In this document: piece by piece, positions 63,911-64,000 of the stretch
Numbering within the stretch: position 1 is the first letter of the stretch
Layout: each line of letters starts with the position of its first letter
Origin: Mobula hypostoma
Lineage: Eukaryota
Assembly (NCBI RefSeq): GCF_963921235.1
Contig: NC_086108.1
Location: 41,170,001 to 41,234,000, forward strand
Length of the DNA stretch: 64,000 nt
Direction: 5' to 3'
Translations under genes and position numbers: made by a program
The notes under the pieces: generated by a model
Database searches by the model: none
Told to the model about the DNA's origin: nothing
The model's input: the letters and a program-made list of their open reading frames with translations, nothing else

Positions 63911-64000
63911 ATCAGAATCAGAATCAGGTTTATTATCATTGGCATGTGTTGTGAAATTCATTAACTTGGCAGCAGCAATTCAATGCAATACGTAATACAG
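63911..64000 (-). mobile_element. Rex1/Babar-type 3' tail, running off the window
   Basis: (atcaga)2-ggtttattatc, similar to 12143-12225. Confidence 0.7.

Overview
This is eukaryotic, AT-rich, transposon-dense DNA with no recognisable intact host CDS, rRNA, tRNA or CRISPR array. The repeat inventory points to a cartilaginous fish, probably a ray (inference): CR1 LINEs, V- and Deu-domain SINEs, Penelope-like elements (PLEs), Rex1/Babar, RTE, Tx1, Gypsy and hAT. Almost every ORF in the track is a transposon fragment or an antisense shadow of one. The main structures are a decayed Gypsy LTR provirus with both ends and a GGAAT target-site duplication (TSD) at 8806-13195, a nearly complete but dead CR1 ORF2 (about 57100-60112), a Tx1 fragment and a hAT transposase relic. 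The most interesting signal is the PLE family. Its 3' ends carry a minimal type I hammerhead ribozyme motif (CTGAnGA-stem-GAAA-CGTC). Several copies are fold-back (inverted) insertions with one ribozyme motif per arm, and at least four insertions are bounded by 13-14 bp TSDs. A weak series of minus-strand exon-like segments suggests the window may lie in the introns of a large unidentified gene. Element boundaries without a TSD are approximate.
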